Positions 18,300-26,971 of a DNA stretch of 64,000 nt are shown piece by piece. This DNA comes from Streptosporangiales bacterium (GTDB lineage: Bacteria > Actinomycetota > Actinomycetes > Streptosporangiales > Streptosporangiaceae). Location: the NCBI GenBank assembly GCA_009380095.1, contig WHSL01000003.1, positions 1 to 64,000 of the forward strand, in the 5' to 3' direction. Within the stretch, counting starts at the first letter, position 1; the number at the start of each line of letters is the position of its first letter. The position numbers were made by a program, and so were the translations under genes. The notes below the pieces were generated by a model. It was not told the DNA's origin and did no database searches. It saw nothing but the letters and a program-made list of their open reading frames with translations.

Positions 18300-20222
18300 A
18301 TGACCACCCAGAAATCCCACGTCGACGAGCGCGCGGCGCGCAAGGTGGCGGAGGCGGCACGCGAGACCGAATGGCGGCTGCCGAGCTTCGGCAAGGAGCT
18401 GTTCCTCGGCCGGTTCCGCCTGGACCTGATCCACCCGCCCACCGAGCCGGACCCGGAGATCGTCCGCAAGGGCGAGGAGTTCCTGGAGCGGCTGCGCGCG
18501 TTCTGCGTGGAGAAGGTGGACGCGGCGCTGATCGAACGGGAGGCCCAGATCCCGGACGAGGTGATCGCCGGCCTCAAGGAGCTGGGCGCCTTCGGGATGA
18601 AGATCGACGAGGCGTACGGCGGGCTCGGCCTCGGGCAGGTCTACTACAACAAGGCCCTGATGCTGGCCGGGTCGGCGAGCCCGGCGCTGTCCGCGCTGCT
18701 GTCCGCGCACCAGTCCATCGGTGTGCCGCAGCCGGTGAAGCTGTTCGGCACCGACGAGCAGAAGCGCGCCTTCCTGCGGCGCTGTGCCCGCACCGACATC
18801 AGCGCGTTCCTGCTCACCGAGCCGGACGTGGGCAGCGACCCGGCGCGCCTGGCCACCACCGCGACTCCGACCGAGGACGGCTCGGAGTACGTGCTGGACG
18901 GCGTGAAGCTGTGGACCACCAACGGCGTGATCGCGGACCTGCTCGTGGTGATGGCGCGGGTGCCCAAGTCCGACGGGCACCGCGGCGGCATCACCGCGTT
19001 CATCGTGGAGGATACGGCCGACGGGATCACCGTGGAGAACCGCAACGCCTTCATGGGCCTGCGCGGCATCGAGAACGGCGTGACCCGCTTCCACGGCGTA
19101 CGGGTCCCCGCCGAGAACCGCATCGGACCGGAGGGCGCCGGCCTGAAGATCGCGCTGACCACGCTGAACACCGGCCGGCTCTCGCTGCCCGCGATCTGCG
19201 CCGGGGCCGGCAAGTGGGCGCTGAAGATCGCCCGGGAGTGGTCGCGCGAGCGGGTGCAGTGGGGGCGGCCGGTCGGCGAGCACGAGGAGGTCGCCAAGAA
19301 GATCGCCTACATCGCGGCGAGCGCGTACGCGCTGGAGGCCATGCTCGACCTGGCCGGCCGGCTGTCGGACGAGGGCGGCGCGGACATCCGCATCGAGGCG
19401 GCGCTGGCCAAGCTGTACTCCTCCGAGGTGGCCTGGCGGATCGCCGACGAGCTGGTGCAGGTCCGCGGCGGGCGCGGCTTCGAGACCGCGGACTCGCTGG
19501 CCGCCCGCGGGGAGCGCGGCGTACCGGCCGAGCAGGTCCTGCGTGACCTGCGCATCAACCGGATCTTCGAGGGCTCCACGGAGATCATGCACCTGCTGAT
19601 CGCCCGCGAGGCGGTGGACGCGCACCTGTCGGTGGCCGGTGACATCATCGACCCCGCCAAGGCGCTCGGCGACAAGGCCCGGGCGGCGGCACGGGCCAGC
19701 GGGTTCTACGCGCGCTGGCTGCCCACGCTGGTCACCGGCGACGGGCAGCGGCCGGGAGCGTACGGCGAGTTCGGCCCGCTCGCCGCCCACCTGCGATATG
19801 TGGAGCGCGCCTCCCGGAAGCTGGCCCGCTCGACGTTCTACGCGATGTCCCGCTGGCAGGGCGGGCTGGAGCGCAAGCAGGGCTTCCTCGCCCGGATCGT
19901 GGACATCGGGGCGGAGCTGTTCGCGATCAGCGCGGTCTGCGTACGGGCCGAGGCCGACGCGCGCGACCCCGTACGAGGGCCGGCGGCGCGCGAGCTCGCG
20001 GACGTGTTCTGCCGCCAGGCGCGGTTGCGCGCGGACGCGCTGTTCGCCGCGCTCTGGGAGAACACCGACGAGCTCGACGGCCGGCTGGCACGGCGGGTCA
20101 TGGAGGACCGCTACGTGTGGCTGGAGGACGGCGTGGTCGATCCGTCCATTCCGGGGCCGTGGATCGCGGAGGCCGAACCGGGTCTCTCGAAGGCGGAGAA
20201 CGTGCACCGTACGGTCCCCTGA
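18300..20222 (+). CDS. Acyl-CoA dehydrogenase (long form with C-terminal extension)
   Basis: ACAD N-terminal, middle and C-terminal domains; ATG at 18300 (MTTQKSH); the ORF-track version is overextended by 306 codons. Confidence 0.85.
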   Translation: MTTQKSHVDERAARKVAEAARETEWRLPSFGKELFLGRFRLDLIHPPTEPDPEIVRKGEEFLERLRAFCVEKVDAALIEREAQIPDEVIAGLKELGAFGMKIDEAYGGLGLGQVYYNKALMLAGSASPALSALLSAHQSIGVPQPVKLFGTDEQKRAFLRRCARTDISAFLLTEPDVGSDPARLATTATPTEDGSEYVLDGVKLWTTNGVIADLLVVMARVPKSDGHRGGITAFIVEDTADGITVENRNAFMGLRGIENGVTRFHGVRVPAENRIGPEGAGLKIALTTLNTGRLSLPAICAGAGKWALKIAREWSRERVQWGRPVGEHEEVAKKIAYIAASAYALEAMLDLAGRLSDEGGADIRIEAALAKLYSSEVAWRIADELVQVRGGRGFETADSLAARGERGVPAEQVLRDLRINRIFEGSTEIMHLLIAREAVDAHLSVAGDIIDPAKALGDKARAAARASGFYARWLPTLVTGDGQRPGAYGEFGPLAAHLRYVERASRKLARSTFYAMSRWQGGLERKQGFLARIVDIGAELFAISAVCVRAEADARDPVRGPAARELADVFCRQARLRADALFAALWENTDELDGRLARRVMEDRYVWLEDGVVDPSIPGPWIAEAEPGLSKAENVHRTVP

Positions 20223-20336
20223 CCTGGCTCGTTGCGGTGGACGCGGGCCGAGCTGTGGTGAAGACGGTTCACTTCCGACCAAAGTCGGAGACCCGCGTCA
20301 CGTGGAGGACGGCGATTTCGGATGTAACCTCGTTCT

Positions 20337-20355
20337 AACCGAACGTCACTCGGTT
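20337..20355 (+). promoter_or_regulatory. Palindrome AACCGAACGTCACTCGGTT upstream of the thiolase gene (fadE-thiolase operon); candidate TetR/FadR-type operator
   Basis: Inverted arms AACCGA/TCGGTT; shares the CCGAACGT core with the site at 25715-25729. Confidence 0.35.
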
Positions 20356-20446
20356 TGCGCAGTGTTTGCTCGGTGCCGAGCTCGAACCGGACAACGACCT
20401 GGCTCGGGCCACGCCGGTTTCGTCGACGGTAGATCTGGAGGACGAC

Positions 20447-21589
20447 GTGGCTGAGGCTTACATCGTCGGAGCGGTCCGTACCCCTGTGGGAACCAAGAAG
20501 GGCGCGCTGGCCGGCGTGCATCCGTCGGATCTCGGCGCCCACGTGCTGAAGAAGGTGGTCGAGCGCACCGCCATCGACCCGTCCGCGGTCGAGGACGTGG
20601 TCATGGGCTGCGTGAGCCAGGTGGGCCCGCAGTCGCTCGACCTGGCCCGCACCTCGTGGCTGTCGGCCGGGCTGCCCGAGGGGGTGCCGGGCGTCACGAT
20701 CGACCGCCAGTGCGGCTCCTCGCAGCAGGCGGTGCACTTCGCCGCGCAGGGCGTGCTCTCCGGCACGCAGGACGTGGTGATCGCGTCCGGCGTGGAGAAC
20801 ATGGGCATGGTGCCGATGGGCTCCAGCGTGAAGTTCGCGATCGACGCGGGCGTGCCGATTTACGGCGAGGGCTGGGGCGAGCGGTACGGCAATCAGGAGA
20901 TCTCGCAGTTCCGCGGCGCCCAGCTGATGTGTGAGAAGTGGGGCTTCAAGCGCGAGCAGCTGGAGGAGTTCTCGCTGGAGAGCCACCGCCGCGCGGTGGC
21001 CGCCATCGAGGCGGGCCACTTCGAGAGCCAGATCGAGCCGATCGGCGGCGTGTCCAAGGACGAGGGCGCCCGCGCGGACACCAGCCTGGAGAAGATGGCC
21101 GGGCTCAAGCCGCTGCGCGACGGCTGGGAGATCACCGCCGCCGTGGCCAGCCAGATCTCGGTCGGCGCCGGCGCGGTCATGATCGCCTCGGAGCAGGCGG
21201 TCAAGGACCACGGGCTCACCCCGCTGGCCCGCATCCACACCCTCTCGCTGGTGGGCGACGACCCGGTCTACATGCTCACCGCGCCGATCCCCGCCACCCA
21301 CAAGGCGCTGAAGAGGTCCGGCCTGACCATCGACGACATCGACGTCTTCGAGGTCAATGAGGCGTTCGCCCCCGTGCCGCTGGCCTGGGCGCAGGAGACC
21401 GGCGCGTCGCTGGAGAAGACCAACCCCAACGGCGGCGCCATCGCGCTCGGCCACCCGCTGGGCGCCACCGGCTCCATCCTGATGACCAAGCTGGTGCACG
21501 AGCTGCACCGCACCGGCGGCCGGTACGGCCTGCAGACCATGTGCGAGGGCGGCGGCCAGGCCAACGTCACCATCATCGAGCGCGTCTGA
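20447..21589 (+). CDS. Acetyl-CoA C-acyltransferase (thiolase)
   Basis: Thiolase motifs (VDRQCGSSQQAV; C-terminal NPNGGAIALGHPLGATG, CEGGGQA); GTG at 20447 preceded by GGAGGA RBS. Confidence 0.85.
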   Translation: MAEAYIVGAVRTPVGTKKGALAGVHPSDLGAHVLKKVVERTAIDPSAVEDVVMGCVSQVGPQSLDLARTSWLSAGLPEGVPGVTIDRQCGSSQQAVHFAAQGVLSGTQDVVIASGVENMGMVPMGSSVKFAIDAGVPIYGEGWGERYGNQEISQFRGAQLMCEKWGFKREQLEEFSLESHRRAVAAIEAGHFESQIEPIGGVSKDEGARADTSLEKMAGLKPLRDGWEITAAVASQISVGAGAVMIASEQAVKDHGLTPLARIHTLSLVGDDPVYMLTAPIPATHKALKRSGLTIDDIDVFEVNEAFAPVPLAWAQETGASLEKTNPNGGAIALGHPLGATGSILMTKLVHELHRTGGRYGLQTMCEGGGQANVTIIERV

Positions 21590-21627
21590 CCCGCCGGGCC
21601 ACGAGGCCCGTACGGTCCCAGGGGGCG

Positions 21628-21665
21628 TGCCCGTCCAGCGCGGACGGGCGCGCCCCTTTCGCATG
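21628..21665 (+). terminator. GC-rich hairpin (GCCCGTCC agcgc GGACGGGC) followed by CCCCTTTCG after the thiolase gene; terminator-like
   Basis: Read directly about 40 nt after the thiolase stop. Confidence 0.35.
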
Positions 21666-21689
21666 CGCGGCGACGCTCGGAGACTTCCG

Positions 21690-21735
21690 ATCTCAACTTG
21701 CGAGAACTTACAAGTTGCATTATAAGTTTTATCGA
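21690..21735 (+). promoter_or_regulatory. AT-rich inverted repeat AACTTGCGAGAACTTACAAGTT (HAIR-like, CTTG...CAAG) upstream of the hsp20 remnant and hspR-like gene
   Basis: ctcaacttgcgagaacttacaagttgcattataagtttt stands out as AT-rich; inverted CTTG/CAAG arms resemble (not identical to) the HspR-associated inverted repeat CTTGAGT-N7-ACTCAAG. Confidence 0.4.
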
Positions 21736-21785
21736 GCAGGGAACGAAAGTTCGGGCAAGGCGCCCGGATCATGGAGGTGCTACCG

Positions 21786-21941
21786 ATGCCGCTGACTTCG
21801 CGTGACCCGTTCTTCTCCGACTTCGACCGGCTCGCCCGCCGCGCGTTCGGCTGGGACGTGGGCGCCTCGCAGGGCCTGAGCCCGGACGATCGATGTGTGG
21901 CCGTGCCGCCCCGGCACGGCCACACCCGTCTTTCGGGGTAA
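21786..21941 (+). pseudogene. Remnant (first ~50 codons) of an Hsp20/alpha-crystallin small heat-shock gene
   Basis: MPLTSRDPFFSDFDRLARRAFG resembles the conserved N-terminus of actinobacterial Hsp18/Hsp20 (DPFxxxDRxAxxxxG); strong GGAGGTG RBS 8 nt upstream; only 51 codons before TAA, no alpha-crystallin domain; the next gene starts 12 nt later. Confidence 0.35.
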
Positions 21942-21952
21942 GTTGACCAGCG

Positions 21953-22315
21953 ATGTCGCCACTGCCCATGGACGACGACCGTGCGCCCATCTACACCGTG
22001 GGCCAGGTCGCCGCGATGCTCGAGGTCCAGCAGGCGTTCCTGCGCCGGCTCGACGAGCACGCCGTGGTGCGCCCGGCGCGTTCCAGCGGCGGGCAGCGTC
22101 GTTACTCGCGGGTGGAGATCACGCTCGTGCAGCACGTCGTGCACCTCGCCGACGAGGGCATGACGCTGGCCGCGATCCGGCGGGTCCTCGATCTCGAGCG
22201 GCGGGTCGCCCGGCTGGAGGCCGAGCGCGACGCCGCGCGGCGCGAGCGGGACGCGGCCCTCGACGAGCGGAACGCCGCGCTGGCCCAACTAGCCCGTCTC
22301 CTCCGCGGCCGCTGA
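21953..22315 (+). CDS. hspR: MerR-family heat-shock repressor, HspR-like
   Basis: MerR HTH (YTVGQVAAMLEVQQAFLRRLD...RSSGGQRRYS) followed by a coiled-coil ERRVARLEAERDAARRERDAALDERNAALAQL; resembles HspR; AT-rich inverted repeat upstream. Confidence 0.65.
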   Translation: MSPLPMDDDRAPIYTVGQVAAMLEVQQAFLRRLDEHAVVRPARSSGGQRRYSRVEITLVQHVVHLADEGMTLAAIRRVLDLERRVARLEAERDAARRERDAALDERNAALAQLARLLRGR

Positions 22316-22412
22316 CCCCTGGGGCCACCCCGCCCCGGGCGCCTCCGCCTCCGCGCCCCCCGTACCCCTTCACCTCCGGCGCCTCCGCCTCCGCGGCCTG
22401 CGGGCGCGACGG

Positions 22413-24512
22413 GTGAGCCGCGCTCCCTTCGGCTCCGGGCGGCGCGTGAGCCGGGCGGCGGCCAGACTTCGACGTATCGTCGGGCGGGTGGGGGAACTCG
22501 GGGGAACCACCGCGACGCGAGGCGGCCCGCCTCAGGACGGCCCGCAACGCGGCGTCTGGGCGGTCATCGGCTCGCTCATGCTGGCCATGCTGCTCGCCGC
22601 GCTGGACCAGACCATCGTCTCCACCGCGCTGCCCACCATCGTCTCCGACCTCGGCGGGCTGAACCACCTGTCCTGGGTGGTCACCGCGTACATGCTCGCG
22701 GTCACCGCGTCCACCCCGCTGTGGGGCAAGCTCGGCGACCAGTACGGGCGCAAGCACCTGTTCATGGCCGCGATCGTGCTGTTCCTGATCGGGTCGGCGC
22801 TGGCCGGGCTGTCGCAGACGATGGGCCAGCTGATCGGCTTCCGCGCCCTGCAGGGACTCGGCGGCGGCGGACTCATGGTGCTCGCCCAGGCGATCGTGGC
22901 GGACGTCGTACCGGCCCGGGAACGCGGCCGCTACCAGGGCCTGTTCGGCGCGGTCTTCGGCGTGTCCAGCGTGGGCGGGCCACTGCTCGGCGGGTTCTTC
23001 GTCGACCACCTCACCTGGCGCTGGGTCTTCTACATCAACCTGCCCATCGGCGCGGTCGCGCTCGTCGTGGTCGGGCTGGTGCTGCACGCGCGGGAGGTGC
23101 GCACCCGGCACCGCATCGACTACCTCGGGACCGTGCTGCTCGCCGGCGCGGCGAGCAGCGTCGTCCTGCTCACCGCGTGGGGCGGTGTGGAATACGGCTG
23201 GGGATCGCCGGTCATCATCGCGCTCGGCGCGGCCGCCGTCGTACTGATCGCGGTGTGGATCCCGGTCGAACGGCGGGCCGCCGAGCCGGTGATGCCGCCG
23301 CGGCTGTTCCGGCAGGGCACGTTCGTCTTCACCTCGGCGGTGGGGTTCATCGTGGGCTTCGCGATGTTCGGCGCGCTCACCTTCCTGCCGCTGTATCTGC
23401 AGGTGGTGCACGGAGTGACGCCGACCCTGTCGGGCGTGCACCTGCTGCCCATGGTCGTCGGCATGTTCCTGATGTCGGTGGGCAGCGGGCAGCTGATCAG
23501 CCGGACCGGCCGGTACAAGGTCTATCCGATCGCCGGCACCGCGATCACCGCCGTCGCCCTGTTCCTGCTCTCGCGGCTCACCGAGTTCAGCACGACGCTG
23601 CAGATGAGCCTGCTGTTCTTCCTGCTCGGGGCGGGTCTCGGGCTCGTCATGCAGGTGCTGGTGATCGCCGTGCAGAACTCGGTGGCGTACGAGGACCTGG
23701 GCGTCGCCACCTCCGGCGCCACGTTCTTCCGCTCCATCGGCGGCTCGTTCGGGGTGGCGCTCTTCGGGTCGATCTTCGCGAACCGGCTGAGCGTCGAGGT
23801 GGCCGCCGCACTGCGCGGGGTGCCGGTGCCGCCGGGGTTCGATCCGGAGGCCGTCCAGGGCAACGCCGAGCTGCTCGCCCGGCTGCCCGGCTCCGTACGC
23901 ACCGGCATCATCCATGCCTACGCCGAGGCCATCTCCACGGTGTTCCTGGTCGCGGCGCCGGTGGCGCTGGTGGCGTTCGGGCTGGCCTGGTTCATCCCCG
24001 AGCAGCCGCTGAAGAAGACGGCGGGCGGGGACACCGGCGAGGCGTACGGGGCGCCGGCCGAGCGCACGTCCATCCAGGAGATCGAGCGCATCGTGCTCGC
24101 GCGGCTCGGTAGGGAGGGGCGGTTCCGGCTGTACCGGGACCTGTCCGCGCAGGCCGGGCTGAACGTGCCGCCGGAGAGCGCGTGGGTGCTGGCGCGGCTC
24201 GGCAATGAGGGCCCGCTGCGCGGCACGGACCTGGCGCGGCGCGCGGCGGTCAGCGTGGCGGAGGGCCGGCCGTACGTGGACGCGCTCGTCGAGGCGGGCT
24301 ACGTACGCAGGGACGACGGCACGCTGCTGCTCACCGGGCCGGGCGGCGGCGCCGCGGAACGGCTGTTCGCGGCGCGCCGCGCCGGGCTCGCCGAGCTGGT
24401 CGCCCACTGGGGGCCGGACGTACACCTGGAGCTCGCGGAGCTCCTCGACCGGCTCTCCCGGGAGACCCTCGGCCACCTCACCGACCGCCCCGAATCCACC
24501 ATCGACGCCTGA
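22413..24512 (+). CDS. DHA2-family MFS transporter (14 TMS) with a C-terminal cytoplasmic winged-helix (MarR-like) extension
   Basis: MFS motifs (LDQTIVSTALPTIVSDLGG, GKLGDQYGRK); about 500 aa of TM region, then about 170 aa soluble tail with HTH-like repeats. Confidence 0.8.
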   Translation: MSRAPFGSGRRVSRAAARLRRIVGRVGELGGTTATRGGPPQDGPQRGVWAVIGSLMLAMLLAALDQTIVSTALPTIVSDLGGLNHLSWVVTAYMLAVTASTPLWGKLGDQYGRKHLFMAAIVLFLIGSALAGLSQTMGQLIGFRALQGLGGGGLMVLAQAIVADVVPARERGRYQGLFGAVFGVSSVGGPLLGGFFVDHLTWRWVFYINLPIGAVALVVVGLVLHAREVRTRHRIDYLGTVLLAGAASSVVLLTAWGGVEYGWGSPVIIALGAAAVVLIAVWIPVERRAAEPVMPPRLFRQGTFVFTSAVGFIVGFAMFGALTFLPLYLQVVHGVTPTLSGVHLLPMVVGMFLMSVGSGQLISRTGRYKVYPIAGTAITAVALFLLSRLTEFSTTLQMSLLFFLLGAGLGLVMQVLVIAVQNSVAYEDLGVATSGATFFRSIGGSFGVALFGSIFANRLSVEVAAALRGVPVPPGFDPEAVQGNAELLARLPGSVRTGIIHAYAEAISTVFLVAAPVALVAFGLAWFIPEQPLKKTAGGDTGEAYGAPAERTSIQEIERIVLARLGREGRFRLYRDLSAQAGLNVPPESAWVLARLGNEGPLRGTDLARRAAVSVAEGRPYVDALVEAGYVRRDDGTLLLTGPGGGAAERLFAARRAGLAELVAHWGPDVHLELAELLDRLSRETLGHLTDRPESTIDA

Positions 24513-24528
24513 GCTCCGCCGGCCCGGG

Positions 24529-24552
24529 TGGCCGCCCTGGACCCAGGGCGGC
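24529..24552. terminator. Perfect 11-bp inverted repeat (GGCCGCCCTGG ac CCAGGGCGGCC) between convergent MFS and SPFH genes; candidate bidirectional terminator
   Basis: Read directly; 17 nt after the MFS stop and about 50 nt after the SPFH stop on the other strand. Confidence 0.4.
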
Positions 24553-24602
24553 CGGAGGGCCCGCCGCCGCTCCCCCGCGATCGGGGCGGGAGGCGGGCCC
24601 GG

Positions 24603-25580
24603 TCAGGCGCGGCGGTCGTCGGCGGGACCGGGCTCGTCCGCGGAGACGGGCGCGGGCTCGGTCTCGGTCTCGGGCTCGGTCTTGGCCTCCGTCTCGATGC
24701 CGAGCACCTCCTCCGCGGAGGGCAGCTCACCGGTCTCCGGTGGCTCGAGCAGCTCGTCGGGATCGGCGGCCCGCTCGGAGTCGGCGGATTCCGCGGCATC
24801 CTCCGCCGCACCGTCCGGAGACTTCCGGGTGGCGGCGTCGAAGAAGCGGAGCACCTCGACCGGCAGCGGCATGACCAGCGTGCTGTTCTTCTCCGAGGCC
24901 ACTTGGACGACGGTCTGCAACAGCCGCAGCTGCAGCGAGGCCGGGTCGGCGGACATCACGTGCGCCGCCGCGGCGAGCCGCTTGGACGCCTGGTACTCGC
25001 CGTCCGCGGAGATGATCCGCGCCCGCCGGTCCCGCTCGGCCTCGGCCTGCCGGGACATCGAGCGCTTCATGGCCTCGGGTAGCGAGACGTCCTTGACCTC
25101 GACGCGCTCCACCCGGATCCCCCACGGACCCTCGGTCGGCTCGTCGATGATCTCCTTCAGCCAGGCGTTGACCTTCTCCCGCTCCGACAGCAGCTGGTCG
25201 AGATCGGACTTGCCGATCGCGGAGCGCAGCGAGGTCTGGGAGATCTGGGAGACCGCGAACCTGTAGTCCTGCACGTTCACGATGGCCTTCACGGGCTCGA
25301 TCACCCGGTAGTACACGACCGCGTCGACCTTGACGGTCACGTTGTCGCGGGTGATGCCCTGCTGCGCGGGAACATCCAGAGTGATGATCTGCATGTTGAC
25401 CTTACGCAGCCGGTCGATGACCGGGACGATCAGTGCGAGGCCGGGGTTCCTGAGCCCTCCACTCACCCGGCCGAGCCGGAAGACCACCCCCCGCTCGTAC
25501 TGCTGGACGATGCGGATCGCCGAGCCGAGCGCGAAGAGCACGGCGATGAGGAGGACGGCGGCGATGACCAGGGCCTCCAT
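24603..25580 (-). CDS. SPFH/band-7 (stomatin-like) membrane protein with acidic repeat tail
   Basis: N-terminal TM (MEALVIAAVLLIAVLFALG), SPFH core (RIVQQYERGVVFRLGR...), C-terminal low-complexity acidic tail (TEPETETEPAP); the ORF-track version is overextended by about 207 codons. Confidence 0.8.
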   Translation of the reverse strand: MEALVIAAVLLIAVLFALGSAIRIVQQYERGVVFRLGRVSGGLRNPGLALIVPVIDRLRKVNMQIITLDVPAQQGITRDNVTVKVDAVVYYRVIEPVKAIVNVQDYRFAVSQISQTSLRSAIGKSDLDQLLSEREKVNAWLKEIIDEPTEGPWGIRVERVEVKDVSLPEAMKRSMSRQAEAERDRRARIISADGEYQASKRLAAAAHVMSADPASLQLRLLQTVVQVASEKNSTLVMPLPVEVLRFFDAATRKSPDGAAEDAAESADSERAADPDELLEPPETGELPSAEEVLGIETEAKTEPETETEPAPVSADEPGPADDRRA

Positions 25581-25714
25581 GGCGGTCACCTTCCCTCGAT
25601 AAACGCGGGGCGGAGGCGTCATTCTCAGAGTATGTCTTTTCGCTCCACGGACCAGATACCGCCACGGTTCGCCGCCACTCCGTAATGCCGGGGCAGGTGG
25701 CCGGGCCGGGGATT

Positions 25715-25729
25715 CCGAACGTGGTTCGG
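25715..25729 (+). promoter_or_regulatory. Palindrome CCGAACGTGGTTCGG in the divergent SPFH/fadE intergenic region; candidate TetR/FadR-type operator
   Basis: Perfect 6-bp arms CCGAAC/GTTCGG with 3-nt spacer, 50 nt upstream of the acyl-CoA dehydrogenase start. Confidence 0.35.
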
Positions 25730-25779
25730 TAGACTCGGCGGTAACCTGCCTCGCCCGCCGACGTACCGAAGGGCCCGTC

Positions 25780-26922
25780 ATGCAGCGTGACCTGTACGAC
25801 GAGGAACACGAGCTGTTCCGGGAGACCGTACGGGAGTTCCTCGCCCGCGAGGTGACCCCGTACCACGCGCAGTGGGAGCGGGACGGCATCGTCCCGCGGC
25901 CGGTCTGGACGGCGGCCGGCACGCAGGGGCTGCTCGGCTTCGCGGTGCCCGAGGAGTACGGCGGCCCGGGCATCCGGGACTTCCGGTACAACGCGGTCCT
26001 CGGCGAGGAGATCACCCGCTCCGGCGCGTCCGGGCTCGGGTTCACCCTGCAGAACGACGTGATGACCCCGTACCTGCTCGATCTCACCACGGACGAGCAG
26101 CGCAAGCGCTGGATGCCCGGGTTCGTGAACGGCGAGCTGATCAGCGCGATCGCGATGACCGAGCCCGGCGCCGGCTCCGACCTGCAGGGCATCAAGACCA
26201 CGGCGGTCAGGGACGGCGACCACTACGTGCTCTCCGGCCAGAAGACCTTCATCACCAACGGCATCAACGCCGACCTCGTCGTCGTGGTGGCCCGTACGGA
26301 CCCGGACGCCGGCGCCCGCGGCATCAGCCTCCTCGCGGTGGAGCGGGACATGCCCGGCTTCACCCGCGGCCGCAACCTCGACAAGGTCGGCCTGCACGCG
26401 CAGGACACGGCCGAGCTGTTCTTCGACGCCGTACGGGTCCCCAAGGAGAACCTGGTCGGCCAGGAGGGCCAGGGGTTCATCCACCTGATGCAGAACCTCC
26501 CGCAGGAGCGGCTCACCATCGCGGTCTCCGCCACCGCCGGGGCCGAGGCGGTGCTGGAGCAGACCGTCGCGTACTGCAAGGACCGCACGGCCTTCGGCCG
26601 GCCGATCGGCAACTTCCAGAACACCCGGTTCCTGCTCGCCGAGCTGTCCACCGAGGTGGAGCTGGCGCGGGTCTATGTCGACAAGTGCGTCACGCTGCTC
26701 AACCGCGGCGAGCTGTCGGCCGTCGACGCGTCGCGGGCCAAGTACTGGACCACGGAGATGGCGAATCGCGTCATCGACCGCTGCCTGCAGCTGCACGGCG
26801 GCTACGGCTACATGATGGAGTATCCGGTCGCCAAGGCCTGGCAGGACGCCCGCATCCAGACCATCTTCGGCGGCACCACCGAGATCATGAAGGAGATCAT
26901 CGGCCGCGACCTGCTCGCCTGA
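25780..26922 (+). CDS. Acyl-CoA dehydrogenase
   Basis: 380 aa; ACAD signatures throughout (…GSDLQGIKTTA..., C-terminal TIFGGTTEIMKEII). Confidence 0.85.
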   Translation: MQRDLYDEEHELFRETVREFLAREVTPYHAQWERDGIVPRPVWTAAGTQGLLGFAVPEEYGGPGIRDFRYNAVLGEEITRSGASGLGFTLQNDVMTPYLLDLTTDEQRKRWMPGFVNGELISAIAMTEPGAGSDLQGIKTTAVRDGDHYVLSGQKTFITNGINADLVVVVARTDPDAGARGISLLAVERDMPGFTRGRNLDKVGLHAQDTAELFFDAVRVPKENLVGQEGQGFIHLMQNLPQERLTIAVSATAGAEAVLEQTVAYCKDRTAFGRPIGNFQNTRFLLAELSTEVELARVYVDKCVTLLNRGELSAVDASRAKYWTTEMANRVIDRCLQLHGGYGYMMEYPVAKAWQDARIQTIFGGTTEIMKEIIGRDLLA

Positions 26923-26971
26923 GACCCCGACCTCCCCCGCGCCCGACCCCCCGCGAACGAGAGGCACCCCC

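Noticed and set aside
17643-20282. 879-aa minus-strand ORF over the acyl-CoA dehydrogenase
   Set aside because: It is antisense to a gene with unambiguous ACAD motifs. The product is low-complexity Arg/Pro-rich.
20111-24476. Long minus-strand ORFs (725 aa, 785 aa) across the thiolase/hspR/MFS region
   Set aside because: They are antisense to well-supported genes on the plus strand. The products are Arg/Gly/Pro-rich junk typical of GC-rich antisense frames.
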